This document shows positions 24,711 to 37,890 of a DNA stretch of 64,000 nucleotides, in pieces. The notes under the pieces were generated by a model, which searched no databases, was not told the DNA's origin, and saw only the letters and a list, made by a program, of their open reading frames with translations. The stretch comes from Octopus sinensis (lineage: Eukaryota). A program made the position numbers and the translations under genes. The stretch's first letter is position 1. Each line of letters begins with the position of its first letter. Location: assembly GCF_006345805.1 (NCBI RefSeq), contig NC_043010.1, positions 63,488,001 through 63,552,000 of the forward strand. Reading direction: 5' to 3'.

Positions 24711-25139
24711 ATGTGTGGTAACGTTGTATGGGAGACAGTATCAAAGTGTTCAGAATCTGGTGTAGTATCGGCACAGTGTTTTAGGATTCCTTATTGTGGT
24801 GAAATAGTAATAGCAGTAGCAGTAGTAGTAGTAGTAGTAGTATTGTCTGGTGTAACCTAAGACTACTGGGAGGTATATTGATGGTAATGTACCTAGATAT
24901 ATTATGTAGATACATTATGTAGACGTGAAAGGCACAGAACAAAGATAGAATCTGAACAGGATATAAATAAACGAGGGACACAACATAGTGCGATATATAA
25001 ACCTTGATATCATATAATAGGATATTGCCATTGATAGAAATATTACATATATACACATAGTATTTGGAAATGGGATAAAATATTGGAACAGAATATAGAG
25101 AGTTATGGCCCTTGGTAGATGAGGACTCACAGACAGACA

Positions 25140-25485
25140 CGCACGCACACACACACTCACACACACACATATACATACATACATATACACACTCACTAAT
25201 ACATTGGTAATGTAAACATAGTAGTGTGTGTGTGTGTGTTGGTTCCGACCCGGCTTGTGTTAAATTGTGAGCGTGAACTTTTGCTAAGCATTTCTGTTAA
25301 AATCAATAAAGGCAGGAATTCAAAGTTAAAAGAGAGAGATATATAGGCAGAGATGGAGAAAGATAGATATGGAGGATATGCACCAATGTGTGTGTGTGAC
25401 TATACATACATACATACATATAATATATATGTGTGTGTGTGTGTATGTATGCATATGTGTGTGTGTATATATATACATATATATG

Positions 25486-25523
<38 letters not shown>

Positions 25524-25541
25524 AGTGTATGTATGCATGTG

Positions 25542-25574
<33 letters not shown>

Positions 25575-25828
25575 ATAGTGTACGTGTGAGTATATATGCG
25601 TACAGATATGGGACACAAATATGAATCTAATTTAATAATATAAATAGAACAGACAAATACATGAACACAAAATAGGAATTATAGTTTGACAGAAAGAGAC
25701 ACACACATACATATATATTCTGGATAGTTGTGGTGTGTACGAGTATATACATACATATACACACATATATATACCCTGCATAGCCGCAGTCTAATGAATA
25801 AAACAAAAGAATAAAAGAATATATGTAT

Positions 25829-25882
<54 letters not shown>

Positions 25883-26033
25883 TATATACAATGTATGTAG
25901 ATATAAGAGATGGAAATAGAAGGGCATAAAATATGTACATACATACATATATATATACATACATACACATATACCCTAGATAATGAAAGTACAATTAAAA
26001 TAAGATATGCACATATAAATATGTGTCTGCGTG

Positions 26034-26127
<94 letters not shown>

Positions 26128-26141
26128 AACATATATATTTA

Positions 26142-26174
<33 letters not shown>

Positions 26175-26904
26175 GGTGCGTATATACTAAGCAAATAATT
26201 TTTGTTTATTTACATAAACAACCGTAGAGTTGATTGCAAAATTTACATAGGAAATCAATAATGTAAATATAAATAAATGTAGACAAATTATGTATACCAG
26301 TATTATAGATACATACATATATATTATATATGTATGTATATATGTATGTATGTATGTATGTATAACAAATAATGCAGTAGCTTCATTATAAATGTACACA
26401 ATAACGTTGCCCTACATGGGATATGAACTCATAATCTTCCGGTTATATACACAGAAACATGTATAAACATAATGTACACTCAGATAACCATATTAGTACT
26501 CTATATACATACATACTAAGACATACATATACGTAAGCATATATATATATGTGCATGTAACGTATATATATATATATATATATATTGTATATATATATAT
26601 ACACGCGTTATAATATATGAGATATTCTTTGTGTATCTTTTCTACACAGTGGGGCTGTTTAGCCCCAGGTCAGCCATAAATCGAGAGGAACCATGGTCGA
26701 ACCGTTCCAACCGCGGCTATCCCGTCCTTTTATATCGGGGATTATATTTTGCAAATGTGACCCTCTTTGTCTTAAGACGCTATGGGGGTTTGATTTCAGA
26801 AAAAAAAAAATTTGGGTGCTATTTCTAGCATAATCGATCCACGAAACAGAAGCTCCCCCCAATTTGGCTCGTACTTAAGACACCGTGCAATGGTTGTATT
26901 CGAG

Positions 26905-26953
<49 letters not shown>

Positions 26954-27055
26954 GTATGTATATATATAATGTATGTATGTATGCATGTATATATACATGA
27001 CAAATTAGACAAGCAGTGCACATACACACAGACATATGTATATATATATATAGTC

Positions 27056-27125
<70 letters not shown>

Positions 27126-27482
27126 TATGTAATATATATACATATATATGTATGTATGTATGTAGTATATGTATGTATCTAGTATGTATGTATATATAGA
27201 GAGAGATAGTGAATAAAGTGATAAAATATTAACACAAACTGATTGACATAAGCAAAATGACAGAGAGACAGAGAGAGAAGGAGGAAAGAAGGAAGAGAAA
27301 CACACATAAACATACATATACACACATTATGTTTTATGTGTATGCATATATATAATTAAGTTTGTGTCCATAAACGTATATATGTATGCATATGCGTATG
27401 TATATACACACATGTATATATATATCTATATATATATATATATAATATATATATATTATATATATAATATATATATTATATA

Positions 27483-27514
<32 letters not shown>

Positions 27515-27992
27515 GTATATATATGATGAGAGCGATAGAGAGAGAAGAGTACAGGACAGCAATATGACGACCGAGGACATGACATTGTCTCTATTTACCC
27601 ATGGCTGCCCGTCTTAGTCGGATATATGTGTCGGCAGTGGTAGCCCAGGGTTTCACTAGCAAATCATGATATCTGCACCCAGCTCACAGAAGTCGACCAC
27701 CAGTCTATCTCGACTGAATAAAGACCGACTTTATGTGAGAAGCACCTTCATACTGACTCCCATCTCCACTTACGTTCCACATACACACACACACACACAT
27801 ACATACATACATAATCACGAATATATATATATATATTTATATATATACACACACACACAGATATAGATATATATTTAGACATACACACACGCATACATAT
27901 ATACATATATATATAGGTACGTTTGTGCATAATATATATATATATATGCATATATATATATATGTGTGTTTTGTGTGTGTGTGTGTGAGTGT

Positions 27993-28043
<51 letters not shown>

Positions 28044-28303
28044 AATCACATATGTGAATATATGTATATACATGGTTGTGTGTGTGTGTGTGAGTGTGTA
28101 TATTTGTTTTCAACAATATTTGTTTATAACAAATGAACAGGACAAAGCTATCCATAGATAATTAAGAACATAACTTTATACGCGTGTATATGTGCGTGTA
28201 TATACATATATATGTGTGTGTGTGTGCGTGCATGTACATACATACATACATACATACATACATACACTCATACACACAAAGAAATCTGTATTCCTACACA
28301 TAA
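25140..28303. repeat. Microsatellite-dense block, (TA)n/(CA)n/(TACA)n
   Basis: Directly visible; source of the IYIY/CVCV pseudo-ORFs. Confidence 0.95.
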
Positions 28304-28403
28304 NNNNNNNNNNNNNNNNNNNNNNNNNNNNNNNNNNNNNNNNNNNNNNNNNNNNNNNNNNNNNNNNNNNNNNNNNNNNNNNNNNNNNNNNNNNNNNNNN
28401 NNN
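28304..28403. other. Assembly gap (100 N)
   Basis: Run of exactly 100 n, typical of a gap of unknown size. Confidence 0.99.
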
Positions 28404-28716
28404 CAGTTCTGATTTCTGTATGTTGTAGATTGCTGTCTATAGGGCTCAGTACATTGATTTGCCTAGGGACATAATGCTGTTCAGTTGGCCCTTGCTGCAT
28501 CAGACCCTAATGACAGCACTGGTATGGTTTTTTGTGAATGGATGTTCTTTCTAGCACCAACCACTTTACAGTATTTTGTGCATTTTCCGTGACACCAGCA
28601 TTAGTGAGGTCACCAAGTGATTTGCAGGCAATCAAGTGGTGACAGTTTTGCACATAAAACTCTCAGCCCATGAGCCACTTTCAAACTTCTGCAAACTAAA
28701 TAAACACACACACACA

Positions 28717-29250
28717 CTCTTTACTCTTTTACTTGATTCAGTCATTTGACTGTGGCCCTGCTGGAGCACCGCTTTAGTTGAGCAAATTGACCTCAGGACT
28801 TATTCTTTGTAAGCCTAGTACTTATTTTATCGGTCTCTTTCGCCGAACCGCTAAGTTATGGGGACGTAACCATACCAGCATCGGTTGTCAAGCAATGCTG
28901 GTGGGGACAAACAGACACACAATCATATACACACACACACATTTATATATATGACGGGCTTCTTCCAGTTTCCGTCTACCAAATCCACTCACAAGGCTTT
29001 AGTTGGCACGAGGCTCTAGTAGAAGACACTTGCCCAAAGTGCCACGCAGTGGGACTGAACTTGGGACCATGTGGTTGGTAAGCAAGCTACTTTATTTCAT
29101 TTAATTTGCCACAAGGGCATTACACAGATAGTAGCTTTGCGGGCTGGACATAGACATTAATGAATGATGGTGATGGAATGAAGATGGTGATGGGAGAAGA
29201 CGAAAGCGCCCGCCGACTTCCGACTTCTACTTACTACACAGCCACTCCTT
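28717..29250 (-). mobile_element. SINE-A interrupted by a 134-bp retro-insertion (29093-29226)
   Basis: The SINE-A head is split and CTACTT is duplicated at 29087-29092 and 29227-29232. Confidence 0.85.
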
Positions 29251-29528
29251 ATGTATATATGTATATATTTAATGAATCAGGAATTTCTGGTTCACAATTA
29301 CTTTTAGTCTGGTAGCCTTCTTCTATCAATATCTTTGTCAGGCAGAAATTATCATTGGGTAGTTAAGAAGATGTAGAAAACTTGGAGCAATATCAATCAA
29401 TTAATAAAACAAACAATGCAATAATAATGAGTTAATTTATGACATCAAGCAGTTTGCAAATCCATTGTATGCAACAACAATAATCTGCACATTTATCACT
29501 GCGTAAGTATAATAATATAATAATAAAA

Positions 29529-29795
29529 GTGATATTTTCCCCCATTACGTGAAAACTGTTTCCATAGGATGGTTATATATTCTTTCAATATTGTGTTACA
29601 TTATATAATTACATAACCAAACCATTTCATCAGACATCTAAGTGCATTTGACAGATGTATTGATCAATACATCAGTCAACTGCACTTGAAATGCCTGATG
29701 AAATGATCTGGTTATGTGATATGATGTAATTCATTATTGAATAGATAAATAACCATTCTATGGAAACAGTTGTAACATAATGTGAAAAATATCCC
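29529..29795. repeat. Spacer-less ~267-bp imperfect palindrome
   Basis: Centre GATGTATTGA|TCAATACATC at 29663/29664; the ~135-bp arms align as reverse complements, roughly 80% identical by eye. Confidence 0.9.
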
Positions 29796-30279
29796 TATTC
29801 TTATTCTTTTAGTCTTCTTCTATATTTATAAATATAAAGACAGTGAACTAGTAGAATCATCAGTGTATTGGACAGAATACTTCATGGTATATCTTCTAAT
29901 TCATTAAGCTTTGAATTCAAATGCTACTGAAGTCACCTTTCACCATTTCAGGGGTTGATGAATAGATATACCAGTCAGTACTGGAGTTGATGTAATCAAA
30001 TTTACTTCTCCTCCAAATTTCAGGCCTTGTTCTCGTATTGGTTTCAAATTTTGGCACAAGGCCAGCAATTTCTGAGATGACATAAGTTAATTACATTGAC
30101 CTCAGTATTAGGGCTGTAATAAAGGTGGAGCACTTGCAGAAAACAGCACTGCTTGGAACCACCCAAAATACTCCGGAAGGTGCTTGAAAAATAGGCGGTG
30201 TTACTTTAGTTCACTGGTAGTGAACAGCTGACACCGTAGTACATCTTCAGTGTTAGAAGCTGTGCAAAGGCAATGATGC

Positions 30280-30343
30280 TAATAATGATAAATAACAATA
30301 ATAATAACAATAATATAACAATAATAATAATAATAATAATAAC

Positions 30344-30399
<56 letters not shown>

Positions 30400-30473
30400 C
30401 AATATATAACAATAATAATAACAATAATAATAATAATAAGATAAAATAATAATAATAATAACAACATAATAAC

Positions 30474-30508
<35 letters not shown>

Positions 30509-30585
30509 AATAAACAACAATAATACACAATAATAATAATAATAATAATAATATAATAATAATAATATAACAAAACAATAATAAC

Positions 30586-30622
<37 letters not shown>

Positions 30623-30822
30623 TAATAATAATTAATAATAATGGTTTCAAATTTTGCCACAAGAGCAGCAGTTTTGGGGGAGGGGATGAGTTGATTACGT
30701 CGACCCCAGTGTTCAACTGGTACTTATTTTATTGACCCTGAAAGGATGAAAGGCAAAGTTGACCTTGGCAGATTTGAACTCAGAATTTAGTGTGCTAACG
30801 ATTCTGCCTGCTCGTTGCCTTG
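30280..30822 (-). mobile_element. (AAT)n tract (30280-30642) followed by SINE-C (30643-30822)
   Basis: Visible trinucleotide run; SINE-C motifs on the minus strand. Confidence 0.88.
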
Positions 30823-30984
30823 ATAATAATAATAACATACAGAAAATAGCACTACTAGACACCGCATACATCCTATGTAAAACACTTTCAATACAGTGGA
30901 AATAAGAGCATCACAACAAACCACAGCACATACCCAAGGCACACAGGAGCTGCGTTCGGTAGTGCAGTGATAGCATGTGATAAA

Positions 30985-31371
30985 AATTGGAAGCACTGCG
31001 TCGGTTACGACGACGAGGGTTCCGGTTGATCCGAATCAACGGAACAGCCTGCTCCTGAAATTAACGTGTAAGTGGCTGAGCACTCCACAGTCACGTGCAC
31101 CCTTAACGTAGTTCTCGGAGATATTCAGCGTGACACAGAGAGTGACAAGGCCGGCCCTTTGAAATACAGGTACAACAGAAACAGGAAGTAAGAGTGAGAG
31201 AAAGTTGTGGTGAAAGAGTACAGCAGGGATCACCACCATCCCCTGCCGGAGCCTCGTGGAGCGTTAGGTGTTTTCGCTCAATAAAAACTCACACAACACC
31301 CGGTGGGAATCGAAACCACGATCCTATGACCGCGAGCCCGCTGCCCTAACCACTGGGCCATTGCGCCTCCG
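30985..31371 (-). mobile_element. SINE-D, tail type 2, full length
   Basis: Reverse complement of 63696-64000; tRNA-like head ggcgcaatggcccagtggttagg. Confidence 0.9.
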
Positions 31372-31414
31372 TGATAAAAATAAGACTACTGAATAATGAT
31401 AGTAACAATTATAA

Positions 31415-31870
31415 TAATTCATTCTTTTATTGGCCACAAGGCTCACATAGAATTACATTAAAAGACAGACAACAACATAAAAGACAAAAACAGGACAACA
31501 CAATGGGTTTTACAATGTGTAAACAATATAATAACAGTTAAAAATTAAACAAATTAAAACTCCAAATAGGGGAGGTGCTTTAAGGACTGTGTGAAAAAAC
31601 CCACAAAAGCTACAGGTGCATACTCAGAATTGGTCCTTTCACACTGGCCCTTCTTCCAACATTCACTCACCTTTCAACAAACTTGCTACAAGGCAACACT
31701 CCCCTCTCCACCCTCAACTTTCTTTTTAAGTGAAACTTGAAAAAGTTGATGAGGGCTTGGCCAAAGAGGAAAGTGCCTGTCTTTAGCCCTTTCAAATGGG
31801 TCCACCATACTACCACTTTTGCTGCAGCCACTAGACAAATAAAAATTGCCCTCCCTCCCAACCAAAAGAG
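31415..31870 (-). mobile_element. Tx1/L1-clade LINE 3' end
   Basis: RAIFICLVAAAKVVVWWTHLKG...FFKFHLKRKLRVER...W resembles L1/Tx1 ORF2 C-termini; the UTR ends gccttgtggccaataaaag plus (ATT)-like tail. Confidence 0.65.
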
Positions 31871-31889
31871 GGTGGTGGAGCAATCTTCA

Positions 31890-32408
31890 CAATGGATTCA
31901 GCAATATCAGGCAGTGACTCTCATGGCTTTTGATCTTAACTAATTGAAAGTCTTATCATGTACATGTTTTGTCTTGGTATAAAAAATGGGCTACAGCAAA
32001 TATTCTGTTCAATATCACAGATTTGCTTGTCAGTTGTTTGACTTTAACCAGTTGAGCATGTCTCTTGGTGGCTGACGATATGTGCATCTCTGATCACGAG
32101 CAGAAGTAGTGGGGGAGCATCATAGCCATGTGTTGAGAGGAATTCTTTGGGGTTTGGATAATTCACCTCTGGAAACATGGGTGTTCCGTCCAACATCCTT
32201 AAACAACCCTTTTGAGCATTATGGGCTACTCAACCTGAAAGGTCATGCACTATTTATCTTGATATGAGATCACCATGGTGTGCCCATATGGTTGTGATGC
32301 ATGTGTCTGGTATACCCTTATCAGACAGGTAGTGATGATGGGTATATTGGGCTTCTTATATTTGTACCCCAGTATCATTTTGATGGCATGAACTGCTCTC
32401 TCACTCAA
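31890..32408 (+). mobile_element. Element G, second copy
   Basis: Homologous to 14434-14908, with an internal deletion. Confidence 0.75.
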
Positions 32409-32441
32409 TAATAATAATAATAATGATAATAATAATAATAA

Positions 32442-32652
32442 TGGTTTCAAATTTTGCCACAAGGGCAATAATTTTTGTGGGCAGGAGATGAGGCAATTAC
32501 ATTGATCCCAGTGTTCCGCTGGTATTTATTTTATTGACCCCGAAATGATGAAAGGTAAAGTTGACCTCAGTAGAATTTGAACTCAGAATATAGCAATGAG
32601 TGAAATACCACTAAACATTTTGCCCAACATGCTCATGATTCTGCCAGCTTGC
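32442..32652 (-). mobile_element. SINE-C
   Basis: ggtttcaaattttgccacaagg...gaatttgaactcagaa...ctgccagc. Confidence 0.85.
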
Positions 32653-32662
32653 AGCCTTGTAT

Positions 32663-33046
32663 ATAATAATAATGATGATGATGACGATGACGACAACACC
32701 GATGACAATGACGACGATGATGATGACAATGACGACGACGACGACGACGATGATGACAATGATGATGATAACGACAATGATGACGATGATGACAACGACG
32801 ACGATGATGATGGCGACGATGACGATGATGACGACGATGACGATGATGACAACGACGACGGCGACGATGACAACAACGACGACGACGACGACGACGATGA
32901 TGACAATGATGATGATGATGACAACGACGACGACGACGATGACGACAACGACGACGATAACGATGACGACGATGATGACAACGATGACGATGCTGACAAC
33001 GACGACGACGATGATGATGATAATAACAATAATAATAATAATAATA
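32663..33046. repeat. Compound (GAT/GAC/AAC)n trinucleotide tract
   Basis: Directly visible; grades into (AAT)n at both ends. Confidence 0.95.
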
Positions 33047-33849
33047 TTCCAGAACTTAGCCTGTAAAGAGCTGGAACAAATACTACAAGGTATTTTTCCC
33101 AAGTTCAAATGATTTAACCAGCTCAATCAATAATAGCATTTCCCTTAATTAAAAAAAATATCATAGAAAGGAGGGAATAAAAAATTAAAAAATGAGGTGA
33201 ATGTTCAGATTAAAAAGGCGTACATGCACGTATACACCCACAGATATATATGGAAATAAGACTGTTGTGTACAAGGGATAGGTGAGAGATTATTTGCCCT
33301 TAGAATTTTCAATAGTGGTATGGTATGGTTATGTAATAGGTGCTTCTTGAAGTGTCTACATTTTCCAAAAATTTCAGATTTGGTATTCAGATAGATTGAC
33401 TTCAGTGCTATGCACATTTTTAATAATACCTATCTCTACAGTGCAAAGATCACATATTTCCCCACGATTCTGTAAGGTATTGATTTTTTAATAATTTTTA
33501 TACCACCAGATAATTTAATCACAGTCCTCATTTCAAAATGTCTCAAAAATAAACAAAAAGAAAAATGGAACTATTAAAGTATGATTGCTGTACCTCTGTT
33601 TGAAATTTACCTCAGTGATACCTACAAAGTATTTATGCATCATGTCAATATTTCATTTGGCTGAGATGGAATCAGTTTAATATGTGAGGGCTTGTGCATT
33701 ACTGGATGTATTTAGCAAATCTGTGCTGGTTTTTCTACAAGAGTATTTGGCATCAATTCTTTTCCCCAAAATACAACTACTACTACAGCAATATATTGTT
33801 ATAGAATTTGGAGAGAAACAGATCTCAGCTCTAAATGTAACATTGGCTC

Positions 33850-35070
33850 CCAAAGTCTGGCTAACTTGAGAACATACATTTTCAAAGCATAAAGATATCA
33901 GAAATTAGAATAATACACTTAAAAGGAAAAAATACATAAAGAAAACACAAATAGCAACAAGAAACAATGACAAAACATTGTGAACATAAACGACAAAGAT
34001 TCAATACATGCAAAACAAAGGAACAACAAAAGCAAAATCTTTGATACCAGCAACAGAATAATGACCGGCAAGACCCAAACCAGAACAGCAGAAACAATTG
34101 GTGATTTAAGAATAGGAAATTCTAAAGGCAGAAATCATGAACGTAGTGATCTAAAGGTAGAAATTGAGAATTAAAATCAATAGATCTTTCTATGGATCAA
34201 CAAAACCGCAATGCTAGTATATAAATAAACAATGAAATGGCAACAAATATGTAACCCCCTCCACACAAATTTTCCCATCAAAGACTTAATTAAAACAAGT
34301 ACAAACATAAATATCACCAAGTTAAATGAAATAATATTTACAACAGCAACTATAGGTACAAAAGATGCTGGCTTCTCCCTCACATCTTCTCATATGGGAA
34401 TAGCAAAATACAAACTTTATGGCAAGCAAAATTCAAAAATAAAAGATAAAAAAGAAAGAGCAATCAATCCTTAATGAAATCAATAATGAAATGACACAAC
34501 AGGACTAAAGAATATAGACGTTAATACCACAGAAATGTATAACAAAAACAAAAAATAGTGCCCCAAATCAAAGAAAGCTTGAAAAAATAAATCCTTACTC
34601 AACCATAATGAATTTGTAAAGCAACAATAATTTTTTGAACAAAACAAACAGCTTGACTCCAGCACAAAAGGATTCCATTAAGAAGGAGGCAAAAAATAAA
34701 AAATAAATCTATGTAGAAACAACAGCAAAAGAAATAGGAGAATTTTATCAAGGAGTGTGGCTGGTGAAGGCCCCACTGTCAACAATGTTGTTCAAAGCAA
34801 CAAACAGTGCACCTGAAGAATTGTGGAAGGTTGTAAAAGAGCAAGAAGTTCAGGTGCTGTAAAGATCAAACACCTGGAAGGTGTAAGATATCAAATTTGT
34901 GCCAAAATATTTAACAAGGGCACACAAATGCTGAGCAGTAACATTTAATAAGACAGAAGAAGAACCACAGACATTGCACAAGTGGTTTAACAAAAGAAAC
35001 AACCTCTTAATTCCAAAGACTAAAGAAACAGTAAACCTTAAAAACTACAGACCCCGTAATTTGCATGGAT
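33850..35070 (+). mobile_element. Heavily decayed R4/Dong-like LINE, pre-RT to RT start
   Basis: LLIPKTKETVNLKNYRP (RT domain 0/1) at ~35005-35055; EQNKQ...KGFH upstream; many stops and frameshifts. Confidence 0.6.
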
Positions 35071-35164
35071 GAAGTACAACTAGGTAGTTTGTCCAGCATG
35101 CTAACAACTCTGCCAGTTTGCCACATTAATAATGATAATAATAATAATAATGATAATAATAATG

Positions 35165-35199
<35 letters not shown>

Positions 35200-35718
35200 C
35201 TCTGCTTGTGAAGACCTGTTGAGGCAAGTGAAATCGAAATTGAAATCAAATTCGTTGACTGGCATCCATACTAGTGGAGCGCTAAGAGCACCATCCAAGC
35301 GTGATCATTGCCAGACCAGCTAACTGGCTTCTGTGCCAGTGGCACATAAAAGCACCATTCGAGCATGATCGTTACCACCGTTGCCTTACTGGCACTTGTG
35401 CCGGTGGCATGTGAAAAAACATTCAAGCGAGGTTGTTGCCAGTGCTACTGGACTGGCTCCTGTGCAGGTGGCACATAAGAAGCACCATTTGAGTATGGTC
35501 GTTGCCAGTACCGCCTGACTGGCCCTCGTGCCAGTGGCACGTAAAAGCACCTACTACACTCTCAGAGTGGTTGGCATTAGGAAGGGCATCCAGCTTTAGA
35601 AACACTGCCAGATCAGATTGTGCCTGGTGCAGCCATCTGGTTCATCAGTCCTCAGTCAAATTGTCCAACCCATTCTAGAATGGAAAGTGGATGTTAAACG
35701 ATGATTATGATGATGATG
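35200..35718 (+). mobile_element. RTE 3' UTR, 5-unit subfamily
   Basis: Homologous to 16995-17489. Confidence 0.88.
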
Positions 35719-35939
35719 AATCCTTCCTACTAAAGGTACAAGGCCTGAAATCTTGTGGAAGGGGATTAGTTGATTACATTGACCCTGGTACACAACTGGT
35801 ACTTAATTTATCAATCCTAAAAAGATGAAATGCAAAAATTTGAGCTGAGAATGTAAAGATGGCTGAAATGCCTCTAAGCATTTTATCCAGCATGCTTACA
35901 ATTCTGCCTGCTCACCACATTAATAATGATAATCATATT

Positions 35940-36287
35940 AATAAGAGCACTCACGGAGCACAAACCTCCACCAAGGCAACACCAATGTTCTTTTAATGAT
36001 TAGCCAGAGAAGATTTTTAAAATAAGAATATCTGAAATAAACTCGACTGCTCTCACAACGAGAATACTACAAGTGAACCTGACTGCTCTCAAAAATTAAG
36101 TAAAAAGACAGGAAAAATAATCCAGAATCTTTGTCCGGTACTAGATCGATCCCAAAATCTAATCAGCTCATCCCTGAAAGTTTCATCTGAATCCATCCAG
36201 CGGTTCTTGAGATATCTTGTCTACAGGTAAACAAACAAACAAACGCAACTGAAAACAATACCACCGTCTTTGCTAAAGCAGAGGTAA
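35940..36287 (+). mobile_element. Helentron-associated non-autonomous element (HINE/DINE-like)
   Basis: 5' subterminal ACCTCCACCAAGG (35964) partly complementary to 3' CTTTGCTAAAGCAGAGGT; internal (AAAC)n near the 3' end; A/T-rich flanks without a TSD. Confidence 0.55.
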
Positions 36288-36690
36288 TAATGATGATGAT
36301 GATGAAGATAATGATGATGATGATGATAATGATGATGATGATGAAGATAATGATGATGATGATGATAATGATGATGATGATGATTTCAAATTTTGGCACA
36401 AGGCCAGCTTTTTTATGGAGCAGGGGTCAGTTAAATTTACCAATCCTAGTGTTTAGCTGGTACTTATGCGAGTGAGTGAACAAATGAATAGAAGTAGCAC
36501 TCAACACATCTACTTGGAATTGTATTTATTGAGTTACAGGTTGACTTAGCTCCCCGTGTGACTCAAATTTTGTGGATATAAGAAATAAAAAAAAAACATG
36601 GCCAGTTCCTCAGACTTTCAGAAGTAAATATTTTTGAATGTCTATCTCACATCTATTAAACTTTGTAACATGAGGACCCCTCCCTTTCTC

Positions 36691-36730
<40 letters not shown>

Positions 36731-36735
36731 ATATA

Positions 36736-36781
<46 letters not shown>

Positions 36782-36804
36782 TGTTGTTCTGTAATATGCT
36801 TCAT

Positions 36805-37025
36805 ATTTCTTTATTGCCCAGAAGGGGCTAAACATAGAGGAGGCAAACAAGGACAGATAAAGGGATTAAGTTGATTACATCGACCCCAGTGCATAACTGG
36901 TACTTAATTTATTGACCCCGAAAAGATGAAAGGCAAAGTCGACCTTGGCAGAATTTGAATTCAAATGGCAGATGAAATACCGCTAAGCATTTCGCCTGGC
37001 ATGCTAACGTTTCTTCCAGCCCTTA
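36805..37025 (-). mobile_element. SINE-C
   Basis: Homologous to 8080-8300. Confidence 0.88.
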
Positions 37026-37129
37026 ATATTTATTCTGTATTATGCTTCTGTATTTATTCAGTAATATGCTTCAGCCCTGAGATTGTGGCCATGCTGGGGT
37101 ACTGTCAGTGTAATCACCCTTTAATTGGC

Positions 37130-37890
37130 CAATTCTATGCGATTAGCTTTTGGTAAAGGAGGGAGTTCAACACTGCTGCCCTTTTTGGGGGTTTTCTGCC
37201 TTGATATTGGTTCATCTGGGATCTTGAACAGCAAGTGGTCAAGTTGTTTCTTGAAAACAACTACCCCCACCCCATGGAGATCCCTTAGATGTTTTGGCAA
37301 GTCATTATATAGCTGTGGGTCCTTGAATCCCAAGCTATTGCAGTACATGGTCCTCACCTTATATGGGACAGCTGGGACTTGTGGAACAGTGCAGTGACGT
37401 CCAGTTCAAGGTCTGGTATAACTCCCAATTCCAAAGTTGGGTACTGGCCCCTCCAGTATCTTCCACACATATATCACTGCATACCTCTCCTGTCTTCACT
37501 CCAGGGAGTAGAGTCATAGCTCTTTCAGTCTCTCCCACTAGCTCACCTGTTCCATTGATGCAATCTTCCTTGTGTAGCATCACTGAACTGTCTCAAGTTC
37601 TGCTATTAATCCGACACTGTAAGATGACCACTGCTGAGAGCAGTAGTCCAGATGACTGAGAACAAACGTCCTCCATAGGACCAGCTTAATTTCTTGGTCC
37701 CTTGTTCTGAAGGTTCTCAGAATCCAGCCAGCCATTCACCTGCACATTATCACCATCTTGGTAATGCACATGTGAAACAAGGCATCATTGCTCACATCAA
37801 TCTGAAGATCATACATCATCTCTGATTCTGGGATTGCCACTCCTTTTGGTCCAAAGTATCCTTGTTGTGACTTCTGAGTACCAATTAACT
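37130..37890 (-). mobile_element. CR1/L2-group LINE 3' fragment
   Basis: RTMYCNSLGFKDPQLYNDLPKHLRDLHGVGVVVFKKQLDHLLFKIPDEP, a typical CR1-group ORF2 C-terminus. Confidence 0.75.

Noticed and set aside
29695-29780. Hammerhead in the 29.5-kb palindrome
   Set aside because: CUGAUGA and GAAAC-AGUU-GUA are present, but stem II does not close next to GAAA and the mirror arm lacks the GUH; kept only as a remark.
32596-33066. 156-aa poly-Asp ORF as an acidic (biomineral-type) protein
   Set aside because: It starts inside a SINE-C and consists of a trinucleotide tract open in several frames; no signal peptide or exon evidence.
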